DNA of 64,000 nucleotides from Blastocatellia bacterium (GCA_963737945.1 CAVTUR010000010.1:152705-216704); one strand, 5' to 3'. Positions 42,556 through 54,753 are shown, counted from the first letter of the stretch. Notes: generated by a model not told the origin, from the letters alone. Translations and numbers: made by a program.

Positions 42556-43844
42556 TCTCTGTGGCTGACCGGACCGACAACCACCGTTGTCAGATTCCGC
42601 GGATCAATGTACTTGCGAGTTACACGATTCACATCTTCCACTGTGACCGCCCGAATTAATTCTGGATATCGCTCGATGTAGTCGAAGCCGAGACCATAGA
42701 TTTCAGCTTCGAGAAGGAATTCGGCGATCTGGGAATTCCTCTGAAAGTGAAACACAAAGCTGCCGGTCAGATACAGCTTGGCGGTCTCCAACTCTTCGGG
42801 AGTGATGCCCTCCTCGACTATTCGCGCGATTTCGCCACGCAAACCAGAAATGGCCCGGTCGAGATTCTCAGGCGCGGTGCCGATATAGGCAACAAACCTG
42901 CCCGGATCAAGGCCGGCACTCGATGTGATATTGCTGAAAGTGCTGTAAGCAAGCCCCTGCTCGTCGCGGAGTATGCGAGGAATACGCGATGTGAAACCCG
43001 GACTCGACCCAAGTATAGTGTCCATAACCAGCAGATCGTAATAGTCCTCATTCTTACGGGCGATGCCGAGGTGGCCGATGATTACGTTCACCTGTTCCTT
43101 CGATGCCATGACGAATTTCTCGATCGGCGACGTCTGGCGGCTGGATCGAGGCAGTTGCGGCAATGCCAATTCCGACGAGCGCGGCCATTTGCCGAACGTA
43201 TCCTCAATCATTGTCTTCACAGCAATCTTGTCCATATCACCGGCCAGGGCTAGCAGTGTGTTCTCCGGCGTGTAGTAGCGACGATAGAATCCCTCAACAT
43301 CCCCACGGGTCAATGTCGTTACCGTCTCTTCATAACCTATCGGGGGTCGGTGTTGCGGTGCACCCTTGAACACGATCTCGTTAAACACATCCGAAGCTTG
43401 AGTGCGGGGTACGTCAAGCCTGGCTCGTATTTGCGCGACGCGCCGATCGATATCCTGGCGCACCTTGTCCTCGGGAAACGTCGCGTTCATCAATAGATCG
43501 GATGCCACCTCCAGCCCAAGGTCGGCGTCTTGCGAAAGCAGCCTGACCAGTACGCCGCTCGATTGATAGTCGCCGAAAGTGCCTAGCTGTCCCCCGGCGG
43601 CTTCGATGGTTTCGGCAATCTGTTGCGAGGTTCTGCTGACCGTGCCCGCATCCAGGACCGCGCCCACCAGCGATGCAAGCCCCGCATCCTCATCAGCCTC
43701 GAAGCGCGACCCTGCCCGGACGATCGCATTGATTGATATGGACGGAATCGAGTGATTCTCCGAGAGCAACACGACCAGACCGTTTGGTAACTGCATGCGC
43801 TCGACGTCCAGCCTCGGCGTGATGCGTCTTTGACTATGCTCCAC
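42516..43844 (-). CDS. M16-family peptidase, non-catalytic-type subunit (no HxxEH)
   Basis: Insulinase-like domains without the inverzincin motif. Overlaps the upstream M16 gene by 11 nt if the GTG at 43844 is used (alternative ATG at 43796). Confidence 0.7.
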   Translation of the reverse strand: MEHSQRRITPRLDVERMQLPNGLVVLLSENHSIPSISINAIVRAGSRFEADEDAGLASLVGAVLDAGTVSRTSQQIAETIEAAGGQLGTFGDYQSSGVLVRLLSQDADLGLEVASDLLMNATFPEDKVRQDIDRRVAQIRARLDVPRTQASDVFNEIVFKGAPQHRPPIGYEETVTTLTRGDVEGFYRRYYTPENTLLALAGDMDKIAVKTMIEDTFGKWPRSSELALPQLPRSSRQTSPIEKFVMASKEQVNVIIGHLGIARKNEDYYDLLVMDTILGSSPGFTSRIPRILRDEQGLAYSTFSNITSSAGLDPGRFVAYIGTAPENLDRAISGLRGEIARIVEEGITPEELETAKLYLTGSFVFHFQRNSQIAEFLLEAEIYGLGFDYIERYPELIRAVTVEDVNRVTRKYIDPRNLTTVVVGPVSHREQSVGGSQEVRSR

Positions 43845-45201
43845 TATCCCGCTCCTCCGCCGCCGAAGCCGTGTCGCTGATCAAGTAGCCAACTGTCCGG
43901 TTGTCTTCGGTGAAATACTTACGCGCGACCGTCGCGACATCTTCAATCGTTACAGCTCCGACTCGTTCCAGCAGCGTATCGAGATAGCGATAACCGCGCG
44001 AGTCTTCGGGCACGTGATCGCCTACGGCGATGGTCTCATACTGGCCGAGCAACATGGCCTGTTGCAAAGGCTCCTCGCTGCTCAACACCAGAGAGGCTTC
44101 TATCTGGCGCTTAGCCTTGTCCATCTCTGCCGTCGAAATGTCGGCGCGTTTCAGTCGATCGATTTCCCTGAATGTTGCGTGCTCGACGTCGGCGAGTTTG
44201 AACCCGGGCTTCAATTCGGCCTGAAAACAAAAGAGAGACGGATCGATGTGATCGTGATAACTGGCGTCGGCACTGGTGACCGATTGGTCTCGCTCCACCA
44301 GGGATTGGTAGAGTCGCGACGATTTGCCGGTCGAGAGAATCGTCTCCGCTACCTTCAGAGCATAAGAGTCCGGGTGCGCCACTTCTGGCGCGTGATACCC
44401 GATCAGCAAACGCTCGACGGGCGTTTGCTTCTTTACTACCAGCCGCTTCTCGCCGCGCTGTGGTGGCTCAAGTATTTTGAGCGGCGGAATCACCGGACCC
44501 GCCGGTACAGGGCCGAATACCTCGATAATCTTTTGTAACAACACAATCGGGTCGAAGGCACCGGTGACAACCAACGTAGCGTGACACGGGTGGTACCACT
44601 TGTCATAGTACGCCTTCATATCGGCTCCGGAAGCCCCTTCCAGGTCCTCGGGCCATCCAACGGTAGGCCAATGATACGGGTGCTGGCGAAACGCCGTCGC
44701 CCAGACTTCGTTCTCGAGCACCTCCCACGGTCCGTCTAGCCCTATACGCAGTTCCTCCTCGACGACCTGCTTCTCCGACGCGAATTCTTCTTCGGCGAAT
44801 GTAGTGTTCCGCATTCGGCTCGCTTCAATCTCAAGGGCTGTCTCCCATCTGTCAGCCGCAAAGGTGAAATAGTACGCCGTAAAGTCGAGCCACGTGAACG
44901 CGTTGTTGGCCCCCCCGCTCAAATGGGTGATCAGGTCGATCTCCCCCTTCTTGTAGCGGTCCGTGCCCTTGAACAGCATGTGCTCCAGAAAATGAGATTT
45001 GCCCGTCTGGCCCAGTTCCTCATTGCGCGAGCCTACGCGGTACCACACCATGGTCGCGACGACCGGTTTGCCGCGCATCTCTTTTGTAAGAACGGTCAGA
45101 CCGTTTGAGAGGGTTGTCTTTTGAACGTCCCTAGTAATGAATGACTTCGATTGAATGGCCGTTCCTTCGGTGCCTTTCCCGCCAATGTTGTGAGTCGTCA
45201 T
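43834..45201 (-). CDS. M16-family zinc peptidase, catalytic subunit (HxxEH)
   Basis: SHFLEHMLFKGT inverzincin motif; about 455 aa; ATG start. Confidence 0.8.
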   Translation of the reverse strand: MTTHNIGGKGTEGTAIQSKSFITRDVQKTTLSNGLTVLTKEMRGKPVVATMVWYRVGSRNEELGQTGKSHFLEHMLFKGTDRYKKGEIDLITHLSGGANNAFTWLDFTAYYFTFAADRWETALEIEASRMRNTTFAEEEFASEKQVVEEELRIGLDGPWEVLENEVWATAFRQHPYHWPTVGWPEDLEGASGADMKAYYDKWYHPCHATLVVTGAFDPIVLLQKIIEVFGPVPAGPVIPPLKILEPPQRGEKRLVVKKQTPVERLLIGYHAPEVAHPDSYALKVAETILSTGKSSRLYQSLVERDQSVTSADASYHDHIDPSLFCFQAELKPGFKLADVEHATFREIDRLKRADISTAEMDKAKRQIEASLVLSSEEPLQQAMLLGQYETIAVGDHVPEDSRGYRYLDTLLERVGAVTIEDVATVARKYFTEDNRTVGYLISDTASAAEERDSGA

Positions 45202-45644
45202 AACAGCTCGATGAGATCGCTTTCCCGGTGTTGCTCCCGAAATGGATCAACGCGATGTGACAAACGAAAATAGTAGAGGTCGGAAAGTAGCGATGTCAAA
45301 CCGAGCCCTCGAAGCGCAGGCATCCCCGTCTACCTGCTGCGTGCCATCTGAGCCGGCGATGTTCTCTTGGCCCCCCCGCCCGCCGTTCTGCAACCCAGGA
45401 TGCCTCCGGTCCCAGGTAGCAGAAGTTCCAGCGGGACTTGATTTCTACCTTTTCGCTGTAGATACTTGAGCGTGCTGTACGGCATTCTAACCCCAAGAGT
45501 CTTAGTATCATTGAATTGACGTAGGTATTTAACTCTCAGGTATTCATCGGGCTCCGCAGGCTGTGTTTTCCTTCTTCGCAACCTCGCGGAATGAATAATC
45601 GAATAAGAAACGGCCGCTGAACTGCTGCGGCCAACAGGAGAAAG

Positions 45645-46082
45645 ATGACTAAGGCAGAACTCGTTGAGGAAGTGGCGCGGGCGGCGGAGCTGAACAAGCG
45701 CGATGCCGAGGTGATAGTCGAGACAGTGTTCGGCTCGATCATCGGAGCACTTCACAAAGGTGAGAAGGTCGAACTGCGCGGGTTCGGCAGCTTCCGCACT
45801 CGCGAGCGAGGCCCGCGCCGAGGCCGGAATCCCAAAACCGGTGAGCCGGTTGATGTTCCCGCCAAGCGCGTCCCTTACTTCAAGCCCGGCAAGGAGCTTA
45901 AGGAGTATTTCACTGAACGCCCGCCGACCGCTGAAGGCGCCGCTGCTCCAACCTCGGAACCGGCCGTCGCCGCAGGAGAGAGTTCCGGCGCGCCGACTGG
46001 TCACGAAGGCGACGCGGCACCGGCTCCTTCGATGCACGAAGTGTCGGGAGGCGAAGACTCATCGGGCGGCTCCGCGGTGTGA
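45645..46082 (+). CDS. HU/IHF-family nucleoid protein with Ala/Pro/Glu-rich C-terminal extension
   Basis: caggag RBS. MTKAELVEEVA…GFGSFRTRERGPRRGRNPKTGEPVDVPAKRVPYFKPGKELK, then an approximately 55-aa low-complexity tail. Confidence 0.85.
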   Translation: MTKAELVEEVARAAELNKRDAEVIVETVFGSIIGALHKGEKVELRGFGSFRTRERGPRRGRNPKTGEPVDVPAKRVPYFKPGKELKEYFTERPPTAEGAAAPTSEPAVAAGESSGAPTGHEGDAAPAPSMHEVSGGEDSSGGSAV

Positions 46083-46187
46083 ACAAACAACGCCCCTCGT
46101 TGTCAACGGTCACTTGGTCAGAGAATCTCACAGCTAAGTCGCTCACTTAACGCGGCCTGTGCGGGTTATCTGCGGTAAGCGTATCCC

Positions 46188-46361
46188 ATGGAAAAGAAAG
46201 GATTGGGGTCGTCAAACGGAAAGGAGCGCCGGGCTACGCCTGATCGGCGCTCGAGCAAACGGCGTGATTCGGAGCCGAAGTCAGGCAAGAGCGTGATTAC
46301 CACCCGAGTTGCGGAACGCCGGAAGAAAAGCCGCAGGTCAAGGGACCCGGAATCTGAATAG
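46188..46361 (+). CDS. Possible small highly basic Ser/Arg/Lys-rich protein (57 aa); below the ORF-track cutoff
   Basis: ATG at 46188 and TAG at 46359. MEKKGLGSSNGKERRATPDRRSSKRRDSEPKSGKSVITTRVAERRKKSRRSRDPESE. No clear RBS. Confidence 0.25.
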   Translation: MEKKGLGSSNGKERRATPDRRSSKRRDSEPKSGKSVITTRVAERRKKSRRSRDPESE

Positions 46362-46373
46362 TCGGTAGGGTCG

Positions 46374-46598
46374 CTACTTCTTCAAAAGACCGTTCTTCAT
46401 CAAGAACGCTGTCAGCCACTCGTTAAACTCCCCAGGCTTTTCCATCATCAAGAAGTGGCCAACTCCGTCCATCGAGCGGTATTCCAGATTGAGACGCTTC
46501 GAGTTGAGCAGTACGGCCCTGGGAGCCCCTGCATCCCCGCCTGACGTAGCATCAAACGACGGCTGGCAGGACGATGCAGGCACTCCAGAGGCTGGCAC
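46374..46598 (-). pseudogene. C-terminal remnant of an alpha/beta-hydrolase (about 45 residues)
   Basis: …AVLLNSKRLNLEYRSMDGVGHFLMMEKPGEFNEWLTAFL resembles the C-terminus of alpha/beta-fold hydrolases. No upstream body is present, because ahcY abuts it. Confidence 0.3.
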
Positions 46599-46608
46599 AA
46601 TTCCGGAG

Positions 46609-49155
<2,547 letters not shown>

Positions 49156-49232
49156 TAATAATAGCCTCCTATTCGGTAGTTCCCTCTGGCGGGTTGTATA
49201 GTAGCGAGCCCGAAGCTCGCATTAAACGCCAG

Positions 49233-49261
49233 AATCTAGCAGACGACATGGGGGGTGTCAA
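49233..49261 (-). promoter_or_regulatory. Putative sigma70-type promoter of metK (TTGACA-N17-TAGATT)
   Basis: Minus-strand ttgaca (plus 49256-49261), a 17-nt spacer, and tagatt (plus 49233-49238). Lies about 75 nt upstream of the metK ATG. Confidence 0.4.
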
Positions 49262-49452
49262 GGATTGCTACAAACGAGCGCCAAACGCCAATGATTCGAT
49301 CGGGCTGGTGGATTAGAGCGATGCCAAACGGAAGAACCTTCTGAAAGATACCCGACTTCGCAGTCGGGGCTTTTAAAGAGGTTCTGAAAATTGCAAATAG
49401 AAACTAACCCGGGTTATCATCCCGGATCAGTACGCGCCGGAGGGCGGAAACA

Positions 49453-50283
49453 ATGATGCCTCCCTCGATTGTATTCGTCGGGATCGCACCTCACCCGCCG
49501 CTTCTCATTCCAGAAGTCGGGGGGAGCCGCATCGAGCAGGTGGCCGGCTCACAGCGCGCGCTGCGAGAGTTCTCGCGGCGCCTGGTCGATAGCCGGCCGG
49601 ATACCATTGTCGTTGTCTCTCCGCACTCGCCGCTCGACCCTGACGTTTTTACGGCGCGTCCGACGAAACACCTCGCTGGCGACTTCCGTGAGTTTCAGGC
49701 GCCGACAGTAAGATTATCCTTCCCCAATGACCTCGAGATGATTGGAGGATTGGCGCACGCGGCCGCGGATGAGGGCGTCGAGTTTCGCGCGCTTGATCGC
49801 GACTATGCGCTGGATCACGGGGCTCTAGTGCCGTTGCACTATCTTCACGAAGCTGGATGGAGCGGACCCATAAACGTCATCGGTTTCACGCTTCAGTCGA
49901 ACGAAAAGCACCTGGCCTTCGGGCGTGCAATAGCCAGGGCCGCGGCCGCGCTCAACCGGCGCGTAGCGCTGGTCGCGAGTGGTGACTTGAGTCACCGTCT
50001 GACCGTCGACGGCCCGTATGAGTACGAGCCAACAGCCCACCTGTTCGACAGCCAGATTGTCGAAGCAGTCACACTCGGCGACCGAAAAGCGTTGATCAAC
50101 ATCGATCCCGATCTAAGGAACCGCGCGGGTGAATGCGGGTACCGATCAATCATCATCGCTCTGGGGACTGCGGGCAACCTTCGAGATCATCAGGTGCTTT
50201 GCTACGAAGGGCCATTCGGAGTTGGGTACCTGGTTGCGGTGCTGGTTGATGAGAAGAAACAGGAATTGACAATTGAAAATTGA
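49453..50283 (+). CDS. AmmeMemoRadiSam system protein B (Memo1/LigB-like extradiol-dioxygenase-fold protein)
   Basis: ggagggcgg RBS. MMPPSIVFVGIAPHPPLLIPEVGG…VVVSPHSP…ALDHGALVPLHYL…ASGDLSHRL (Memo-family His/Asp ligands). Confidence 0.7.
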   Translation: MMPPSIVFVGIAPHPPLLIPEVGGSRIEQVAGSQRALREFSRRLVDSRPDTIVVVSPHSPLDPDVFTARPTKHLAGDFREFQAPTVRLSFPNDLEMIGGLAHAAADEGVEFRALDRDYALDHGALVPLHYLHEAGWSGPINVIGFTLQSNEKHLAFGRAIARAAAALNRRVALVASGDLSHRLTVDGPYEYEPTAHLFDSQIVEAVTLGDRKALINIDPDLRNRAGECGYRSIIIALGTAGNLRDHQVLCYEGPFGVGYLVAVLVDEKKQELTIEN

Positions 50284-50346
50284 AAATTCAGTTAAGAACT
50301 GGGTTTCAATTTGCAATTTTCAATTTTCATTTCTCAATTTTCAATT
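50267..50346. repeat. AT-rich heptamer-array palindrome (gaaaatt units) between the AmmeMemoRadiSam B and A genes
   Basis: gacaattgaaaattgaaaattcag … ttcaatttgcaattttcaattttcatttctcaattttcaattc. Overlaps the B-gene stop. Confidence 0.6.
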
Positions 50347-50390
50347 CCCCTTTTTCGCACCGAGGGGTTCATATACAACACCTCAAAACT

Positions 50391-50930
50391 ATGCGCCTTC
50401 CAGCGAATGACATCTTGCCCCAGGATCTGGCAAAGCTAACGGTCGAGAGCTTTATCCGGGAGCGCAAGATCATCGGCCCGCCCCAAAGTCCTCAAGGTAT
50501 GCTGGCACGGCGGGCGGGCGTGTTCGTGACCCTGCGGGGCGCGGGTGGGAAACTGCGAGGTTGCGTCGGTACGATCGAAGGAGCGTGCCTGAACGTCGCG
50601 GAGGAAATCATCCAAAACGCTATCGGCGCGGCGACTCGCGATCCCAGGTTTCTCCCGTTATCCACCGGCGAACTGCCTGACTTAACTTACAGCGTGGAAG
50701 TGCTGTCGATTCCGGAACCCGCGCGCGGACCTGAGGACCTGAATGCCGCGGTATATGGGGTGATCATCGAAACTATGGATGGACGGCGACGAGGGCTGCT
50801 GCTACCTCGAATTGACGGTATCGAGTCGGTGGCAGCTCAGTGGGGTGCGGTACACTCTAAGGCAGGAATCGAGCCGGGCACTCCCGTTAGGGTTGAACGG
50901 TTCACTGTGGAGCGCTTCGGAAGGGATTAG
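50391..50930 (+). CDS. AMMECR1-domain protein (AmmeMemoRadiSam system protein A)
   Basis: AMMECR1 core AGVFVTLRGAGGKLRGCVGTIEG and LLLPRI…; about 180 aa. Confidence 0.7.
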   Translation: MRLPANDILPQDLAKLTVESFIRERKIIGPPQSPQGMLARRAGVFVTLRGAGGKLRGCVGTIEGACLNVAEEIIQNAIGAATRDPRFLPLSTGELPDLTYSVEVLSIPEPARGPEDLNAAVYGVIIETMDGRRRGLLLPRIDGIESVAAQWGAVHSKAGIEPGTPVRVERFTVERFGRD

Positions 50931-51064
50931 ACGGCAACCCGTGATCCATTTGTCGCCATGGTTCGCCATCCTCGTAAGCTTGACACTGGTTTGTCGCGAC
51001 CGCTATCCTACTCGTCTTTTCCCGAAGCAAATTTGTTAGCAGTGATGAGGAGAGACCCAACGAA

Positions 51065-51331
51065 ATGGCCAATCATAAATCAGCGGAGAAACGAACGCGG
51101 CAGGCTGATCGACGCAACGAAGCGAACCGCCATAATCGGAGCCGGCTCCGCACCGAGATAAAGAAGCTCCGGGCGGCTATCGACGGCGGTAATCTGGAAG
51201 AGGCGAAGGCTCTGCTGGCCGGGACCGTATCGCTGATCGACAAGTCGATTCAGAAGGGCATCCTTCATCAAAACGCCGCTGCCAGATACAAGTCGAGGCT
51301 GACCTCCGGCGTGAATGCAATGTCGGCGTAG
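51065..51331 (+). CDS. rpsT: 30S ribosomal protein S20
   Basis: MANHKSAEKRTRQADRRNEANRHNRSRLRTEIKKL…. Confidence 0.9.
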   Translation: MANHKSAEKRTRQADRRNEANRHNRSRLRTEIKKLRAAIDGGNLEEAKALLAGTVSLIDKSIQKGILHQNAAARYKSRLTSGVNAMSA

Positions 51332-51370
51332 TCCAGCGGTCGCGCTCAGGCGCGAGTTCCACACAACCTA

Positions 51371-51424
51371 CGGCCCACCCCGAATCTTGAGGGTTCAAAC
51401 ACCCTTGAGATTCGAGGTGGGCCG
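51371..51424. terminator. Bidirectional stem-loop between convergent rpsT and holA
   Basis: cggcccaccccgaatcttgagggtt-caaac-acccttgagattcgaggtgggccg; roughly a 20-bp stem allowing G-U pairs. Confidence 0.4.
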
Positions 51425-51454
51425 TTCGAATGTGAACTCATCAGACTCCGAAAT

Positions 51455-52498
51455 CTACGACCGGTCGACGGGTGGCAAGGTCAGCTCCGCGACGAGATAC
51501 TCCATATGCAGCCTCGGCGTACCTTCGGAGTTTTTTATCGCATTGTCAACTTCGGCAATACGGCGAAGCCCGTGCACTATCTCTGCTCGCGACGCGCGGC
51601 GTACCCGGGTTAAGAATGTATCGCTCCATTGCCCTGTAGCTTTTGTTATCGCTTGCGTCGAGGCTCCGCCCTCCATGAGCTGCTTTCCTGTCAGAAGGCG
51701 CCGGTACAGGCTCGCCAGCGATCCGAGTATCGGCAAGGCGTCGCTGTCGTCCAGCAGGTGTTGCATCAGCTTCAAAGCGCGCTTGCGGTCACGGGCATTA
51801 ACGGCATCCCAGAGCTCCCAGCTCGTGTGCTCGCGGGCGCGTGGCACAAGTTCCTGAACGGCGGCGCTGGTGACAACGCCGCCGTCCGCATACGCCGCCA
51901 GCTTTTCAAGCTCGTTCACCAGCCGTGTTAGCCCCGTGCCGACGAGCCTTATCAACAGGCTCAGCGCCGCGGGCTCAATACTGCAACCGCGCTCCTTCAG
52001 CCGCGCCTCAGCCCACCGCTTGGCGCGACCCTCGTCGAGCAGTTCAAACGTCACCACTGCGCAGGTCTTCACGAGCGCCGATGTGAGCTTGCGACGCTTG
52101 TCCGGCGCAACAGCTTGAAATACCATCGTGGTCCCAGGAGCCGGACGCTTCACATACGAAAGGACCAGCTCCTGCTCGTCTTCTCTGACCTTGTCGAAAT
52201 CGCGAACTACGACCACGCGCCGGACGGACATCATCGGCATTTGATTTGCCGCGTCGATGACCATCGCTGCGGTGGTTTTTGAGCCATAGCCGTTGTCGCT
52301 CCCTATCGAGAATACCGACACGTTGAAAACGCGGAGGGCCTCGTCGACGGTCGCGTATAGCAGGCGAAGGGCGCGCTCCTGCAGATACTGCTCCTCGCCG
52401 ACAAACAGATAGAGAGGTTGGATTTGTCCGCCTTTGATCTCGCGGCGAAGATCTTCAAATCCGGGTCCCCTGGATTTTGTTTTTGGCCGTCCGCTCAC
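51455..52498 (-). CDS. holA: DNA polymerase III delta subunit
   Basis: MSGRPKTKSRGPGFEDLRREIKGGQIQPLYLFVGEEQYL…; typical holA length and N-terminus; 4-nt overlap with the upstream gene. Confidence 0.8.
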   Translation of the reverse strand: MSGRPKTKSRGPGFEDLRREIKGGQIQPLYLFVGEEQYLQERALRLLYATVDEALRVFNVSVFSIGSDNGYGSKTTAAMVIDAANQMPMMSVRRVVVVRDFDKVREDEQELVLSYVKRPAPGTTMVFQAVAPDKRRKLTSALVKTCAVVTFELLDEGRAKRWAEARLKERGCSIEPAALSLLIRLVGTGLTRLVNELEKLAAYADGGVVTSAAVQELVPRAREHTSWELWDAVNARDRKRALKLMQHLLDDSDALPILGSLASLYRRLLTGKQLMEGGASTQAITKATGQWSDTFLTRVRRASRAEIVHGLRRIAEVDNAIKNSEGTPRLHMEYLVAELTLPPVDRS

Positions 52499-53013
52499 AG
52501 TCCTTCCATTAGTGTCGAGACAATTGTCTGGGCGAAATCCTTTGCAATGCGGTCGACTGCCGGATTCTCCTCGTTGAAAAATGACTGCGGATCGTCTGAG
52601 AGCTGATACTCGCCCTCAAATGCCATGCGCGGGTTTTGAAAGATTATCTTGTGCGTCTTGAGGTCTCGCACGACGACGCTGACGACAATGCGAACATCCC
52701 AGACTCGCGTGCGGCCGCGATCATCAAGAAGCGATCCGCCCGCGTGAAATTGGCGTATGTCGCCGTCGAGTACGGCATCGGCGTTTTCCTGATTGGTGAC
52801 CACGCGAAGCGCACGAGCACGCTTAAGGATCTCGTCGATGACCGCCTGAGTGAATCGCTGCTCGACTCTATACTTGAGACTGGTGTTTTGGAATACGGGC
52901 ACAGCGATGGTCTTAATGTTCGCAGGCAGACTCTTACCCTTGCCGGCCTGCTTGTAGCCGCATACCCCAACGAACATCGACAGCGCGACTGCGAACAGTA
53001 AGGGCTTGAACAT
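52495..53013 (-). CDS. LptE-like LPS-assembly lipoprotein (RlpB family), tentative
   Basis: Signal/lipobox MFKPLLFAVALSMFVGVCG. About 172-aa lipoprotein immediately upstream of and overlapping holA, as in the conserved leuS-lptE-holA arrangement. Confidence 0.5.
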   Translation of the reverse strand: MFKPLLFAVALSMFVGVCGYKQAGKGKSLPANIKTIAVPVFQNTSLKYRVEQRFTQAVIDEILKRARALRVVTNQENADAVLDGDIRQFHAGGSLLDDRGRTRVWDVRIVVSVVVRDLKTHKIIFQNPRMAFEGEYQLSDDPQSFFNEENPAVDRIAKDFAQTIVSTLMEGL

Positions 53014-53158
53014 CTTGTCGTGGATATTAGCGTTCGAACCGCGGATCGGACAAGCAGGCAGGCGAAACCGCCGGAGTTTGAGACCTGGAGTGCGCGCGGT
53101 TAGTGCCGGTGGCGTACGTCCTAAATGCGTCGCGAAGCAACCGAAGAGGCGTCCAAAG

Positions 53159-53871
53159 CTAGACGAACTCAGCCACAACCTGCCGCCCGCAATCGTCGTT
53201 TGCAATATATACAACGAAAGCGTTGACGACATACAACTCGTCGTCGTAACTGTGCGTCCTCAGATGTTTTGGCATCGGCAATTCGAGTCTCAATTCCGTG
53301 GCCGGCTCAACCTGGCGCGACAGTCGGAACCTTACACCCAGCGGGCTCAAGTCCAAAGTCTCGGTAAGCTCTTGCCAATTGCGATCAAAGCTCACTCGCA
53401 GGGGAAGGTTCATCCTCACGCGCCCTACCCTCGCATTTCTTCTCTCACGCCGTGAGCCTCGGCCAGGGGTGTTCCGGCCGCTGGCGCGAGTTCGTTCAGC
53501 GAGGGTTGGCGCGAGTCAACTTTGGGACCGCGGACCGGGTCACCGTTCTGGCTTCTGAGGGTGTCGTCATAGACCTCCCGTCGACCGCGACGAGACAGGA
53601 CAGTGAATGCTTCTTCGATCCGAAGGAATGCGGAGCTCAACTTCCAGTGCATTACACTATCTGATTCTGTGATCTTGCGCCTCTTGGTCGGATGAAAACA
53701 TTCGACGGCCAGGCAGTAGGCCGCCTGTATCTCCTCTCTGGAAGCGTCAGGGCTTACGCCAAGCACCGTGTAGTGATCAGGCTCGTCTGTGATCAGATCG
53801 GCCATTAGTCCTACTTCGTCGGTGGTTAACGACCGATCCTCGATCAGGCCGACAACGCCGTCTTCTCTCAT
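53159..53871 (-). CDS. Degenerate J-domain (HPD to HPT) + PilZ-domain protein; one apparent frameshift near 53420
   Basis: J-like domain DHYTVLGVSPDASREEIQAAYCLAVECFHPTKRRK…FTVLSRRGRREVYDD. PilZ motifs REEMR (RxxxR) and DLSPLGVRF (DxSxxG). Its ATG overlaps the GNAT stop (TGATG). Confidence 0.65.
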
Positions 53872-54753
53872 CAGTGTACTTTTTGTTTTAGGAATATCGT
53901 GTCGTAGTGGCTGACAAACGTGTAGCCAGCCCTCTTGTAGAAGCGTTGCGCGGCTTGAAACCTTTCATTCACCAGCAGACACACCGAGGAGGTTCTCAAC
54001 AGCAGGTCTCTGGTCAACTGTGCCATACAACGCAATCCGATGCCTTTGCCTCGCTCTGCCGGATCGACCCACACGCCTTCCAGGTATGCTACCTCAGGTG
54101 TGTCGGTTAGCACTTCTGCCTTGAACATCAGCCGTCCCTCTTCCACCCACACCCAGGTCTGTCCTTGCTCTATTCGTCTCGCACATCGCTTCCGGAATTC
54201 TTCCGGATTTTCCTTCAGCGGGTCAATACCACTCTCGTCAAATGCGGTTTGAGCGTGCGCGGGAACAACCAGGTCGAGATCATCGGGAGTCGCCCGCCGC
54301 AAGCCCGCACGCCGATTCTCGTCACTTCGTCCGGCCATTGCTGCTCGAATAGCAGCTCCCGGCAGTACAGCCGCGCCTCCTGTCCTCCATCCCCATAATA
54401 ATGCCAGAACGTCTCGACCTCCTCTTGTTCTCCCAGCAGCATATGGGCGTTCGGACACTCCTGTGCGAGCCGCGCAAATAGCCTCGATAGCCGCGTCGCT
54501 GCGTGTCTCAAACAGGATGTAGCGGCCAATGAGGGCCACGCCTTGAAGCTGCCCGGAGTGCATTGCGGCAACCGTAGAAGGCGCCCTGATTGTGCGGGCT
54601 GACAAGCCCGTTGGAACGGATGAACCCGGTCATGCCGAAGGTGTGGCTCGGCCGCTCGCCCAAAAACTCCATCACTTCGGTTTCCTGCTCCGCCCTGAGT
54701 TCTTCCACGATCAGCGGCTCGCTCTCGTTTGCAGGCAGGCCCTGCGCATCCAT
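53871..54753 (-). pseudogene. GNAT-family N-acetyltransferase (two-domain, about 290 aa), 3 or more frameshifts
   Basis: Acetyl-CoA site …VWVDPAERGKGIGLRCMAQL…RFYKRAGY in ORF 53871-54605. N-terminal pieces sit in ORFs 54508-54753 and 54215-54571. Confidence 0.55.

Noticed and set aside
45330-46037. 235-aa minus ORF overlapping the HU gene and its upstream region
   Set aside because: Overlaps a strongly supported HU gene on the other strand. No domain signal.
49156-49452. Possible SAM riboswitch upstream of metK
   Set aside because: The leader between the predicted promoter and the ATG is only about 70 nt, with a single small hairpin. SAM-I/II/IV conserved cores are not apparent.
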